Shown here piece after piece: positions 35,238 to 49,400 of a DNA stretch of 64,000 bases. The notes below the pieces were generated by a model that was not told where the DNA came from, did no database searches, and saw nothing but the letters and a program-made list of their open reading frames with translations. Every line of letters begins with the position of its first letter. Position 1 is the stretch's first letter. A program made the translations under genes and the position numbers. The stretch is from Octopus sinensis (Eukaryota): the NCBI RefSeq assembly GCF_006345805.1, contig NC_043006.1, positions 2,542,001-2,606,000 of the forward strand. Reading direction: 5' to 3'.

Positions 35238-36190
35238 ATATTTGTACACACATGCACACAAAAGGGATACTTATATTTAAGTGGCTTATATATGATAAGT
35301 TTATAGTTATACACCATCACATATTGTATTTACGTGAATGAAATCATAGTTTCTTCAACAAAATTACTTCAAAATACCTTTCAATAAGTGTATGATCAAA
35401 TATACTAAATTTGTTTCTTTTTTTTTCCCCCCCACTAAATACACTTGGAAAATAGGGCTGTGTCTTTTGTGAAAGTTCATCTTTTATGCTGGCAAACATG
35501 GTAATCATAAATTTAGACTGTTTTTTTTAAACAACAACTTATTTTAGCAAGTGGTATGTGAAAATGTTCTTGTATCTATCTAATATGAAATTCTTATCTC
35601 AAAACCACTCCATTTCCAGAAAGGAAATGATATACTGAATGAGCTCTGCAAAAAAGCTCACTTTTAGAAATATTCAAATTAGCTAACATTTTCCTTGTAA
35701 AGCTTCTTTTAATTGTTAAATATCAATGTCCATTGATGAAAGCAAACTAGGAAAAATACAAAAAAGAAAGAAAAAAACCGTCAGAGAAAGAAACAAACAA
35801 AAACAAAGCAAAATGTCTTTGTTTGCTAACAATGATAAGATTTTCCTACTAAACATATAAATTCTTAAAATTATCTCCCCTCTTCTTGAGTGGGTGGGGG
35901 TTAACTAACAATGGTCACTAGGCTTTTTTTTATGTCTTACATCATTAACTAAGAGGCAAATTTCAATTCATTAAAATTTTTTCGGGTATGTCATTCAGTA
36001 CATCACCATGTATTTTGATTTTTTTAAATTCATGTGATTGGCCCACTTGAGTAATTTCCCTTTGCTTCTAGTTTGCATAATTACTCCAACTACATGTTAT
36101 ACAAACATGCAAAACCTGAAACATAAAGATATTTAAATTTTGTTAAATATGGTTTACCAAATAGCCATTATTATATTTCTGGCAAAAATG

Positions 36191-36242
36191 CTTTAATTTC
36201 ATTCAGAGTATTTTGTCTTTTGTCCTTTGTTCACAGGTGAGA
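36191..36242 (+). promoter_or_regulatory. Candidate recursive splice site (acceptor immediately followed by donor)
   Basis: CTTTAAT branch-like motif, TTTTGTCTTTTGTCCTTTGTTCACAG|GTGAGA. Confidence 0.3.
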
Positions 36243-37279
36243 CTGTAATAAGTCTCTACTGTTATTATAAAGAATGCTTGTATTGGAATAAACAAAAGTA
36301 AATAGTCAATGGAGTTTTAGTCATGAAGATGGCTTGGGATGTTCAGGTCTGGTTTCTTCAAAAAATTTTGGAAGAGAAAGGTTTTATGAATTTCACTCTG
36401 TTCTCTTTCTGGAAACCGTTCCTTTCACTGCTGTTCTTTGACATTGTTATACATTAAATGAGGACATGTAAACCGAAATATGAGTTTTCAAAGAGCGTAA
36501 GTAGTTTAAGATGCATTTTCATTTAAAATATTCACCAGAAAAATACTTTAACCACTGAATTTTATGGAAGTGATGTCAAACATCGTTTCTCCATTCAAAC
36601 GTTTGAAAAACAAAACAAAACAAAACATAAACCAACTTTGATATTCATATTGCTGAAATAAATCTTACCTTAGAATATTGGAGAAAATTATCCAGAAGCA
36701 TTTTTAGTGCAGATAAAGCTGGATAGCTCCTCCATCAATTAAGTGGCTATGGAGATTACATCTTCCCTATTCATTATACTATCCCTTACTACATGGTGAG
36801 CCAACTTTTTGTATTATTTCATGCAAAATAGGTGAAAATATAGTGATGATTTAAGACATAATAAAACGAACAAAATAAAATCCTTTTCATCATTAATCAT
36901 TTGCTAATAATTATCAATAATATATAACATGAATTTTAATAATTTTGTCCTTACCACTCCATCGATTGAAATTGACAATATATTAAGGAATTGGAGATTT
37001 CCATTCCATATAGCAAATATATTTTTCTATCTAAAATCCTTCGTACACAATTCATCCCAAAACACTACATGTGAATTATGTATTGTGAAACCCAAATATG
37101 AATAGAAAAGGGTTAGGGTTAACATACATGGGATTAGCCACATTAATAAATTCCCACTTGAAAAATTTTGTCTTATATTTTTTTATGTGTGTTATTCCTC
37201 TGAAGTTATAAAACATCAACAAAAAAAAAGACTCTTAAAAAAACTGAAATAAAGAAAAGAACAAGGAAAAAGCTAGGTA

Positions 37280-37572
37280 GGCACAGGTGTGGCAGCTTAG
37301 GCCAGGGACTTCTGCTATAGCCTTGGTCTGACCAAAACTTTGTGAGTGCATTTGATTGATGGAAACTAAAAGAAAACTGTCGGATATGTGTGTGTGTGTG
37401 TGTCTTTGTGTCTGTGTTTGCCCACACCCCCCACCATCACTTGACAGCTGAGTTTATGTCCCTGTAACATTAGTGGTTCATAAGTACTGGGGTTGATTTG
37501 TTTGATTAAAATTCCTCAAGGCAGAGCCCCAGCATGGCCACAGCCTAATGACTGAAACGAGTAAAAGATAAG
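37280..37572 (+). mobile_element. SINE family A (5'-eroded) with CR1-type tail
   Basis: CTTCTGCTATAGCCTTGGTCTGACCAAAAC core; tail CAAGGCAGAGCCCCAGCATGGCCACAGCCTAATGACTGAAAC. Confidence 0.8.
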
Positions 37573-37984
37573 GGATCAGAGATAATTTGAAAAAGTCAAT
37601 GGCAGAAAGTTTCAAAGTTCCAAACCAAAGCTAAGAATATTAAATCAACTCTGGCAAACGAATAGAACGGGAATGGAAGACATACGACTAGATTGAAGAG
37701 AAGGAGATTTAAGCAATGAATATCAGGTGGTGAGAATCTTGACACTAGGTAGAGCAGTAGTGGTGGTAGTAGCAGTAGTAGTAGTTGTGGTAGTAATAGT
37801 AGTGGTGATGATAGTGAAGCAACCCCTTTGTCACTGCTTTGATATATTGTTAGATAAAGCTACTCAGAATGTAAATTGCTTGTACTGTGCCTTTGGTGTT
37901 ACTCTTTTGACTAAGGCCAAGCATAGACCAATCCATTTGGCTCTTTACAAGATACCATAAGTAGGTGTAGCTTAATCAGTTAAA

Positions 37985-38205
37985 CCCTTTGGCATTTAAA
38001 CCAGCCATAGCAGGCCAAAATATTCTTCCTGTTCTATGCTTAAGCTGACCAGATCCAGCCTTTCACATCTACCCTACAGTGTTGGTCTCAAAATAAACAG
38101 TCACATAACCGTAACCTCAAAGCAATGAGATAACGCAGGATAAATTCAAAAACAACAGGAATAAATAATCATTACATATGCCAGAATAATCTGAATGCTC
38201 TAGGG
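37985..38205 (+). mobile_element. TTAA-flanked MITE (piggyBac-like)
   Basis: TTAA(A)CCCTTTGGCATT...AATGCTCTAGGG|TTAA; reverse-complement homolog at 62492-62711. Confidence 0.7.
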
Positions 38206-40265
38206 TTAAGGATTGAGATGACTGTACAGTGAATAAGTATTTGATTAGCTTGCAGTGCTCAAGTCTTCTGCTGGGTAAAGATTAAACAGCCCAGACACTT
38301 TGGATGAATGCTCTCAATAGTGTTGATCCATCTTGTTACTGAATCTGTGGTTTTTATAACAGCTCACATGACAAGACTGGTTTGAAAGTTGTTTTAGTGT
38401 TAAACTCATCAAGTCTGATATTGTATAAATGATTTTTTTATAATGATGACATCTGTATTTGGCTGTGTTGACATTGCAACTAATTTAATTCCTTTTTTGT
38501 TTCTATGATAGTTAATAAGGGCATTGTTTGAGATTTATAATAACTATTTCTTAAATTTTGCTTAATGTATGTCTTTGTTGAATAAATGAAGAACTATGTG
38601 CCGCTCTATGTGATTTATAAGGCATTTAGAAATTGTTGTTTACCACCAAGTCGGCCTTGATTGAACAGATCAATGATCTTAGGCATTCCTGACCTGATGG
38701 TACCATCATTTTTGCCTTTTGAGTGTATTGTACCCAGCTGGTTGTTGAGAGGCTGGCATGGGACCACCAGCGGTACAGAGCACTGGTGGACCAGGTTGGC
38801 TCTACACATGATGTCTCTGGGACCACTAACTTGAGATGAGCTCACCCTCATCAAAACAAGAGCACTAGCTGCAGCAAGCAAACAGAAGCAAGCGTTAGCA
38901 ATATATCTATTATTTAATGTATCTTTTCCTAAAATGGTATGCTTGGGTAATCATGCAGGAACACAAATTTACAAAAAAAAAAAAAGTAGGTTATGCTGGG
39001 AAGTTTTTATGATATGATACAATAAAATGATAATGAGGCATAGAGTTGTAAGAGCATGGATTTTAAAATGAAAGTAAACTGGAATAATTATGGGCTGTGG
39101 CTATGCATTCATGCATGAATAAGCACATACAATGCCAATGATCACCATTTAAAAAACATTGCAGTGACACTCATAATGGTCAGAATGGCTCGTTTTCTAA
39201 TGAGGTTAGTGAGGCTGAAAAGAGCTGGCTTCTTAATGAAAAAAAGATTATTATAGCTTGAAACTTTTGGGCACAACATTTATATTTTCATATACTATTT
39301 ACGTTTTAAAATAGCCTGGCTGCTACTGATTCATACCACATTAAAGATGAGTTGTAGCAAGGTTGTCAATGCTTTATAAAGATTAAATGCTGCTATGATA
39401 TTCTAATATATGTATGAAACTATGTGAATTTGTTCTTGTCATATTGTCACGGATTATGTGACAGTATGTATATTGGCTGTATAAGAATTATAAAAACACA
39501 CACAAAAAAAAAAAAGAAAAGAAAACAAAAAACAAGTTTCTTGAAGTTAAATCATGAGATTTGGAAATTCTGAATCTATTTCAGCATGATAAATAACAGA
39601 TGTGATTTTATTTTACTATTCTTCTTCTTTTCTTTCTTTTTTTTTTGCTTTGTATGTATACATGTGATCATGTGATCATGCACATGCACATATCTCTGCT
39701 TCATCAACTGTTATTTGGCAGTAATTCATTTTAGTCATTTCCAAGAAGAAATATCTTAACGTTATGTAATATTATATATTCCCTGAAGGATTACAAAGAA
39801 TGTGAGAAATTTCGGCTAAATGGCATCAAAAAAAGAAGTTGGGGAAATTTTTTGAAAATTCATTATTTGCTTTAAAAAAAAAATTAAATGGAAATAATTG
39901 CAAAATATTTTCTGTAATTGCAAATTGGAGAAATTCATGGCTATAATATTTGTTTGCATGTCTATGGGCCTATTATCATAAATGCACATGTGCTTTAGAG
40001 TAAGACCTTACATATTGCGGAATGTGTAGTAGAGAATTTACATATTCTGAAATTAATAGGGACTGCTTTCCAAATTAAGATGCATTTATTTTTTGTTGTT
40101 GTTGTTGTGTGTCTTCACTATTTTTTACTCCCACTTGACTTGGAAATGCTAGGTTATGTGGATTTCATGTAGCTTGGTACATAAACTAACACATTGTATT
40201 ATATTACAGTTTACCTTGTTTTGCCTGAGACTATTTAGTATCATTTTTTACTACATCAGCATACA

Positions 40266-40440
40266 GTGAAGGCGCATGGTTTAGTGGTTAGGGTGTTGGA
40301 CTCAGGACTGTAAAATTTTGGTTTCAATTCCTGGACCAGGCAATGTGTTGTGTTCTTGAACGAAACACTTCATTTTACATTACTCCAGTCCACTGGATGA
40401 GTAGTCCTGTGACAGACCAGCACCTCATCCAGGAAGGAAT
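40266..40440 (+). mobile_element. tRNA-derived SINE, family C, short tail variant
   Basis: GAAGGCGCATGGTTTAGTGGTTAGGGTGTTGGACTC A-box head; GTTCTTGAACGAAACACTTCATTTTAC core. Confidence 0.75.
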
Positions 40441-40444
40441 GTAT

Positions 40445-40972
40445 ATATCATCATTCTGTTTTCTATGCTGGCATGGGTTGGACAGTTTGACTGGAGTCTG
40501 GGAAGCCAGGAGGCTGCACCAGGCTCCAGTCTGATCTGGCAGTGTTTCTACAGCTGGATGCCCTTCCTAACGCCAACCACACCGAGAATGTAATGGGTGC
40601 CTTTTTTTATGTGCCACTGGCACAGGGGCCAGCGGGAGCTGCCATCGACCATGATCAGATGGTGCTTTTTACGTGCCCCTGGCATGGAAGCCAGTCAAGG
40701 CGGCGCTGACATTGGCCATGTTCAGATGGTGCTTTTTACATGCCACTGGCACAGGGACCACTACTACAATTTCCATTTGATTGTGATTTGATCTGATTTG
40801 ATTTTGGTTTTGATGTACTTGACTCAATCAGTCTCCTCAAGCAGGGCATGTTGCCCTACGATCCAAGGTACTTTTTGAGTGAGCTGGTTATGCAACACTG
40901 GTGTAGGTCACAGCTTTATTTGCTGGGTCTTCTCAGTCACAGCATATCTCCAGAGGTCTTGGTCTTTTGTCA
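40445..40972 (-). mobile_element. RTE LINE 3' end (3' UTR plus end of ORF)
   Basis: 3' UTR core plus CAGCATATCTCCAGAGGTCTTGGTC, homologous to the ORF end at 30410-30440. Confidence 0.85.
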
Positions 40973-40994
40973 TCTATATATATGTATATATATA

Positions 40995-41322
40995 TGCTGA
41001 GATCCCTTTCGGTCATGACTGACCATGGGATTGCACCCTCCCAAGCACAAGTCCGGGCAAGGTTGTTTTATAGAAGACCAGCAGTCTCCCATGCATACCA
41101 GCCTCCCCTCTCTGTGCCACCAGTGTTATCCAAGGGAAAGGCAAAGGCCTATACAGCTTGGCACCTGTGATGTCGCAACTCATTTCTACAGCTGAGTGAA
41201 CTGGAGCAACATGAAATAAAGTGTCTTGCTCAAGAACACAACATGCAACCCAGTCTGGGATTTGAACTCACAACCTCACGATTGTAAGCTCAACGCTCTA
41301 ACCACTGAGCCATCCGCTTTCA
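40995..41322 (-). mobile_element. tRNA-derived SINE, family C, long tail variant
   Basis: Reverse-complement homolog of 62790-63135: CTTGAGCAAGACACTTTATTTCA core, tail GGTGCAATCCCATGGTCAGTCATGACCGAAAGGGATC. Confidence 0.88.
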
Positions 41323-41729
41323 CTATATATGCATATATATATATATACGCCAGAGAAACCAGGAAACCAGCCCTATGCTCCTTATAGAGTTATGTGGGCT
41401 AATCACATCAGCATATATTACTTTGTTACCCTGCATAAACAAAATATTGACATCTCAAAGAAGGACAATGCAGGAGCGAAAACGAAAGGAAGTCAATGCC
41501 TGGACTTTTGCAGGATGCTAAGTGTTGGGAGATGCAGGTGGGTTTGAAGGAAGACCTTGTATTGCCCAGCTGTATGGCAATAACAAAGTAAAGCTCTGAT
41601 CGTATGGTATGGTTTCACCTGACAAAGCAAGAACAAAAAATGTTCTGCTTGTTGGGAAAGGCAATATGAAGTGCACCTGTGTAATGAAGAGTCTAAAATA
41701 TGAAGCAGTCGGGGAACTGTGTGAGGTGT

Positions 41730-41920
41730 GATGATGGTGCTGGTGCCACCTAAAAAGCACTCAGCTCACTCGGTAAGGTGGTTGGTGTCGGGAAGAGCAT
41801 CCAGCTGTAAAAACCATACCACAACAGACAGTGAAACCCACTTGCCAGCTTCTGTCAAACCATCCAGCCCATACCAGCATAGAAAACAGATGGTAAATGA
41901 GGATAATGATGATGATGATG
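41730..41920 (+). mobile_element. Short copy of the RTE LINE 3' UTR
   Basis: GGTTGGTGTCGGGAAGAGCATCCAGCTG core and (GAT)n tail. Confidence 0.78.
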
Positions 41921-42401
41921 GCAGGGGAAAGTGCTTTCAATAGTGGTGGCATGTTGTGGATTTGTAGCTAGATCCCTTATGTCCTACCTGGCTGGCATTA
42001 GACTTAAAAAGGTTAACAAAACAGTGGTTCATGAACTAGAAAGGAAACAGAAAATAGTCCACTTTCATCATGGATATGGAATTTCCATGATATATGAAAG
42101 ACCAAAATTGAGAGCAAAGAATGAATATCCTCTGTGAGTGATAAACAAAACAATAGTCATTGTATGGCTGAAGTTGTTGAAGCTGCACCTAGTTTGTTGT
42201 GGTGACTACATGCATACTGGAGAAAAACACCAGGCTATAGTATGGACAAAAGGAACTGGTCAGTGCTACTTGGCACTTCAGGAGGGAGTGATACTGTAGG
42301 AAGGGGCTAAAATCTTTCTAGTCTGTCAGTAGACAATGCAGAGAATGTCTCAGTGTAAACTGCATTTAAAAATATCATTTTTCACTGTACCATATGATAC
42401 C

Positions 42402-42632
42402 TATTTCTTTATTGCCCACAAGGGGCTAAACACAGAGAGGACAAACAAGGACAGACAAATGGATTAAATCGATTACATCGACCCCAGTGCATAACTGGTA
42501 CTTATTTAATCGACTCCGACAGGATGAAAGGCAAAGTCGACCTTGGCGGAATTTGAACTCAGAACGTAGTGGCAGATGAAATACCACTAAGCTCTTCGCC
42601 CAGCGTGCTAATGATTCTGCCAGCACGCCACC
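42402..42632 (-). mobile_element. tRNA-derived SINE, family B, GCCCCTTGTGGGC tail
   Basis: Well preserved; GGCGTGCTGGCAGAATCATTAGCACGC head, GGTCGACTTTGCCTTTCATCC core, TTTAGCCCCTTGTGGGCAATAAAGAAATAG tail. Confidence 0.9.
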
Positions 42633-43796
42633 TTTGTACCATATGATACCTAAATACACAAGCATCATATTGCAATTTATAAAGCAGGAAAGTATGAAAC
42701 TCATCTCAGAGAAGTTGAATCTTTTTTGGGCGGGGGGGGGGTTATATGATAGTAATAAGTTTAATTTTTTTTTATCCTTGTCAAAACTCTTTGCTTTAAA
42801 ACCTCTGTCTGTTCATGTTAACAATTCCCAAACATTGTTTTTGTTCTAAGATATTATTTCCAAACTTGCCGCAAAGCTTGTTCAAATATTCCTTTACTTT
42901 TTCTATTTACTTAAAACATTCTCCTCCTCCTCCTCCTCCTCCTCCTTTCCTCACACTTTCCTCTCATACATTCAACTGTTTGTTTTCACTCTTTCTCTGT
43001 TTTAATACTAATTATATTATTTTATTTATTTATCAACTATTTTTTGTTTCGTCAATTAATTCTCTGCTAAATATTACATTGACATTTCTTAATTCAATAT
43101 TTTCATTTCCTTTATAAACAATAGTCTAATTTGTTATTTAACATTATTTTATATTTGTTATTCATTTCTTATTCTTGTTGTTGTGGTTGCAGCTACTGCT
43201 GCTGCTGCTGATATTACTTCTTATTACTAATTTAATTATTTATTTATTTGTTCAATGATTACTTTCTGAATGCTATAAACTCTACTTTGGTTTCCACAAA
43301 AATAATTATTTTTATTCTTTTTAATTCTGCCTGAAGTAGTTTTTTAATTACAAAAATGAAAAAAAGGAAAACTAGAGAACATACAAAGGAAGCCCATTTT
43401 TTTTTTGTATCACTTTTTCCATTTGTCTCTTATTTTTCATTTGAAAGGGTTTCTAAGCCAAACTGACAGCATCTCTATTCAGTTTATATATCTCATGTTC
43501 TTTCTTTTGTTTAAGGCAAAGTTACAGAGTTTCTAAAGATGACTGCCGATGTGAAACAATTCGTTTTCCCTTTTTCTTTTAATCTTAAAACATATCAATT
43601 TGTTCTACGTTGGGCTGGGTTCACAACATACTACGCAGTCTGGTATTGTCAAATGCTCTGTGCTGTGCTGGAACTAACATATTCATGTACTGATGCTCAC
43701 CTTAATTTAGAATACGGTGTACGGCGAGCATCTTCATGTCATGTGTTTGTAAACAATGTAAATGAAGTGACCTATACGCTCATACACACCTTCCAG

Positions 43797-44095
43797 ATGC
43801 ATGCACACACACACACACACACAGAGGAACATACAGACATGCATGCACACACACACACAGAGGAACATGCAGACATGCACACACACACACACACACACAG
43901 ACAGAGGAACATACAGACATGCATGCACACACACACACAGGAACACACACACGCACACACATGCACACATAGAAGACACACACACACAGGAGCACACACA
44001 TAAGAGCACACACACACACACTCTCAGAAGCACTCACGCACAGGAGCAAAATATAGACATGCACATGCATACACACATGCAGAGACAGCTCTATA
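43797..44095. repeat. Compound (CA)n minisatellite with CACACAGAGGAACAT(A/G)CAGACATGCA units
   Basis: Three to four higher-order units plus degenerate CA runs. Confidence 0.9.
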
Positions 44096-45428
44096 GACTC
44101 GCATGGAGACACTGAAACATTTGCAAGAACACAGTCAGGTTCACACATTCACCAAAACTTCTGCTTCCACGCTTCCACACATACAAGCTCCAATTTATGA
44201 ACATAGCCATGTGTGTCTACTTACGCATTTATATAAAAAGAAACTTCAATTCAAACACAAATGGACACACAAAGCGATTTCAGTTCAAAACGTACACCGA
44301 TTCATGAGTGTAGTCTACTTTTACACATTTATACAAGACACACAAATATGGACAGATCTATAACTGATAGATTTGCAGAAATAGGCACTGAATCTTAAAG
44401 ACATACTCGGATATCAATTTACATAATAATGCATACATCTACACATACCATGCGGATGCATGCATATTTGCTCACACATAGTATACTATTTTATTTGCTC
44501 ACACATATTTACTATTTTAGAATAATTTATTGATTTGTTTCCACATATTTATGCGAGTTTTCAGCTTAATCTATTTTATTGTTTGTTTATTTCATTTGGT
44601 TGTTTTTCTTCTTGTTTTTGTAAACAACCATACTTTTAATGTTTCTTTTTCCATGAAATCACCAGGTTAGATAAAATATTCAAAATAGATGCTATTTGTT
44701 ATAGTAAACAGAGCAGGAAATTGTAATTTGCAACTTGAATATATCTGTGAAAGAAGTGTGTGCATTGCATTTTAAAAATGGTAATGACCATTTAGTGAAC
44801 TGTTGTTTCTTTGTTGTGTCTCGCTGTCGCCCCCCCCCCCACTTCCACAGTTTAATGCCTATTGCTTGGCAAGTTGTTTGTTCCTTTCATTCTCATCCCT
44901 CCCATCTCATTATGCTTTACCTCCCCTCTTTCTCTCTTTCCTCTCCGTCTCCCTCACACGTGCATATACACCCCAATGGTCTATGGAAAACAAACCAATG
45001 AAGCTGATTAGTTTGCTGTAACTTGCTTCAGACCCTTCACATTTAGGGGGCCAGAATGTTCCAGTTTCAGCCATGCATTCAATATGACATAAGATGGCTG
45101 ACTATTTACACATGGTGGCTTGGATACCCATGATTGGACAAAAAGGAAAGGCTGTGTTTGCCGCATAAAAGCTCCTTTGTCAACTGCTGCCAGATGTTTT
45201 CCGCTTCAGTTCATCACAGATTAGTAAATTACAACCCTTCAATAAGAAGGAGCCAATCACAATATGTGCTTCCAATAGCCTCAGCTTTGATTTTATTATT
45301 ATGGTTTTTTGAAAAGCCCCAGAAATTATGCTTTTCCTCTCCCCTATTATATGCTATACTCTGAACTCTGAAATTTATGGTTTGAGGTGAAATTATATTG
45401 CTTTTTCATATACTTCAAATGTTATTTC

Positions 45429-46000
<572 letters not shown>

Positions 46001-46894
46001 AAAGAAATATAAGAAAACCAGATAAACATATGTTTTGTTTTCAATATAACAAAAGAAGTAAAAAACCTCCATTTTATTTGGAACGTCCTCCACTGAGAGA
46101 TCTGTACTTCTTTTGAAAGAGAAGGAAAAGGAAACAAATATTCAAATATTTTTGGATTAAAATAACAATGTTTGATATGAATTATTCATAAGTTTACTGT
46201 AGCATTTGTAAATGGATATTTAATCACATTTTTAATATCTTTACAATATGATTCATTTATTATAAGATATTGTAGCATAACATAACTTACAAAAGAATCC
46301 TGAGTAGATTTATAATTTAATGTTTTACTCTGTTGATTTAAATTAAAGTAAAAGTATTTTACATATATGAATGTAGATGTTTCCTACCCTTTATAACTCT
46401 GAGCTAGAGGGAGCAAAAAACAAAACAACAAAACAACAAAAAACAAAACAACAACAACAATGAATGAATAAAGTTTTTAAAAGCACACAGAGTTTACAAA
46501 TTTTTATATGAGTGTCTCTAGACAATTTTAATGGGTTGCTAATATATTTTCAAGCAAATATTTAAATGAAAATGAGTAATTACTTTAGGACAAAAACGAT
46601 ATCCATTATGTTTTTGTTTAATGTTTCAGATTTAAAAAAAAAGTTACTTATAAATGAAATTATCACCAAGTTGTTTGATTAACACACTTTGCATGTGCAA
46701 TATTTCCCTACCTCAAATGCGGGTGGGAGAACATTAAACATTCTGGCTTTTAGACTATAAAACCTAACTGCAGTTAAAAGACAGTCCCAATGAAATTAAC
46801 TAATTTTACTGCTTGGAATGTATTAGAAGTAAATCCAGTGACCTAGTCTGTGGCTATGCGGCTATAGCAGCATCAGCAGTAAGAGGAGTAGTGG

Positions 46895-47830
<936 letters not shown>

Positions 47831-48247
47831 TAATAATTGTTTCTAATATAATGCCAAGGTATGAAATGTTGGTGATGGGATTAGTTAATTAAATCAACTC
47901 AGCACTTGACGAGTGCTTTGCTTTATTGACTCCTTAGGGACAAAAAGCTAAGTTGACCTGGTCACGAGTTAATAATAATAACAGCAACAAAATAACTTTT
48001 ATATGGTTCTTATTAAGTGTGTTGGGCACATATTTTATACAAGTATATTTCACTTACTTTTACTTTACGGTGCTTGTTACTTACTTTTACAGTTTCCTAC
48101 TCTTAGATTTTGTGGTATTAAAAGGAAAATATAAAGTTTGAACTCTGCCTTTAAGATTAGAATAAGACTGCAAATCTACTTTCAACTGCATTTAATCATT
48201 TCTATTGAATACCAACACATGATTTTTTTTATTTTCTGCAATATGCG

Positions 48248-48625
48248 CAGGTGGGCTGTGTGGTAAGAAGTTTGTTTCCCAACCACATAGTTCCAGGTTC
48301 AGTCCCACTGCATGGCACCTTGAGCAAGTGTCATCTACTATAGTGTCACGCCAACCAAAGCCTTGTGAATGGACTTGGTAGATGGAAACTCATATATATA
48401 TGTGTGTGTGTGTGTGTGTAGCTTTGTGTCTGTGTTTGTCTTTCCTCACTGCTTGACAACCAGTGTTGGTGTGTTTACATCCCATAATTTAGTGGTTCAC
48501 CAAAAGAAACCAACAGAATAAGCACCAGGCTTTAAAAAAGAAATGAGTACTGGGGGAGATTCATTTGACTAGAAATTCTTCAAGGCGGTGCCCCAACATG
48601 GCCACAGTCATTATAACTGAAATAT
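48248..48625 (+). mobile_element. SINE family A with CR1-type tail
   Basis: GGCTGTGTGGTAAGAAGTTTGTTTCCCAACCAC head, CCTTGAGCAAGTGTCATCTACTATAG core, internal (TG)n, CAAGGCGGTGCCCCAACATGGCCACAGTC tail. Confidence 0.9.
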
Positions 48626-49039
48626 ATAAAATATAGAAGACACAAAATATAGACATTTTCCCAAGTGTTACCTTATCAAGAATTACTTTATGAGTCATTC
48701 GCTTTGAGTTCTTTCATGTTAGGTGTTTCTTTTTCTTTTTTTTTGTGTTGAATATTTATTTTTCAAAGTCGGATGTTTCATTCGTTGATGTGGAAGGTAT
48801 TTTAACCTGGATGCTTTTTCAAATGTTGACCATTCATAGGATGAAGATACCTGTTTCACTGATTTACAGATTTAAATGTTCAATCTGCTTTACTTTACAA
48901 CAACTGGAGAGGCCAATAGCTGAGTATAGATCTTTGCTCATGAGATCAGCAATGCTTACACTAGGCATCCAGTCTTTGGGTTTCTCGAATCTTACTTAGT
49001 TGATGGAGTATGAGGATTCCATATGAACTCTCTCCCATC

Positions 49040-49400
49040 TTTTACTTGTTTCACTCATTAGACTGTGGTCATGCTGGGGCACTGCCTTGAGGAATTTTTA
49101 GTCAAACTAATTGACTCCAGTACTTATTTGTGTTTTTTTTTTCTTTTTAAAGCCTGGTTCTTATTTTATCAGTCTCTTTTGCTGATCTGGTTATCAAGTG
49201 GTGGTGGAGGACAGACACACACACACGGACACACACGCACACTCACACAAAGTCTTCTTTCAGTTTCTGCCAACCAAATCCACTCCCAAGGCTTTGGTTG
49301 ACTTGAGGCTATAGTAGAAGACACTTGCCCAATGTGCCACACAGTGGGACTGAACCTGGAACCATGTGGCTGGGACGCAAGCTACTTACCACACAGCTGT
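49040..49400 (-). mobile_element. SINE family A with CR1-type tail (inverted relative to 48248-48625)
   Basis: Plus strand GACTGTGGTCATGCTGGGGCACTGCCTTG ... CTATAGTAGAAGACACTTGCCCAA ... CTTACCACACAGC. Confidence 0.9.

Noticed and set aside
38640-38830. ERLAWDHQRYRALVDQVGSTH as a host exon
   Set aside because: More like the extreme C-terminus of a decayed RTE-type LINE; too short to classify. A similar remnant lies at about 17300-17360.
39440-39468. 11-bp hairpin CATATTGTCAC/GTGACAGTATG as a miRNA precursor
   Set aside because: The stem is far too short for a pre-miRNA and does not extend.
43539-44148. Cys/Val- or His/Thr-rich ORFs that look metallothionein-like (also 49596-49949)
   Set aside because: Translations of (CA)n/(TG)n repeats.
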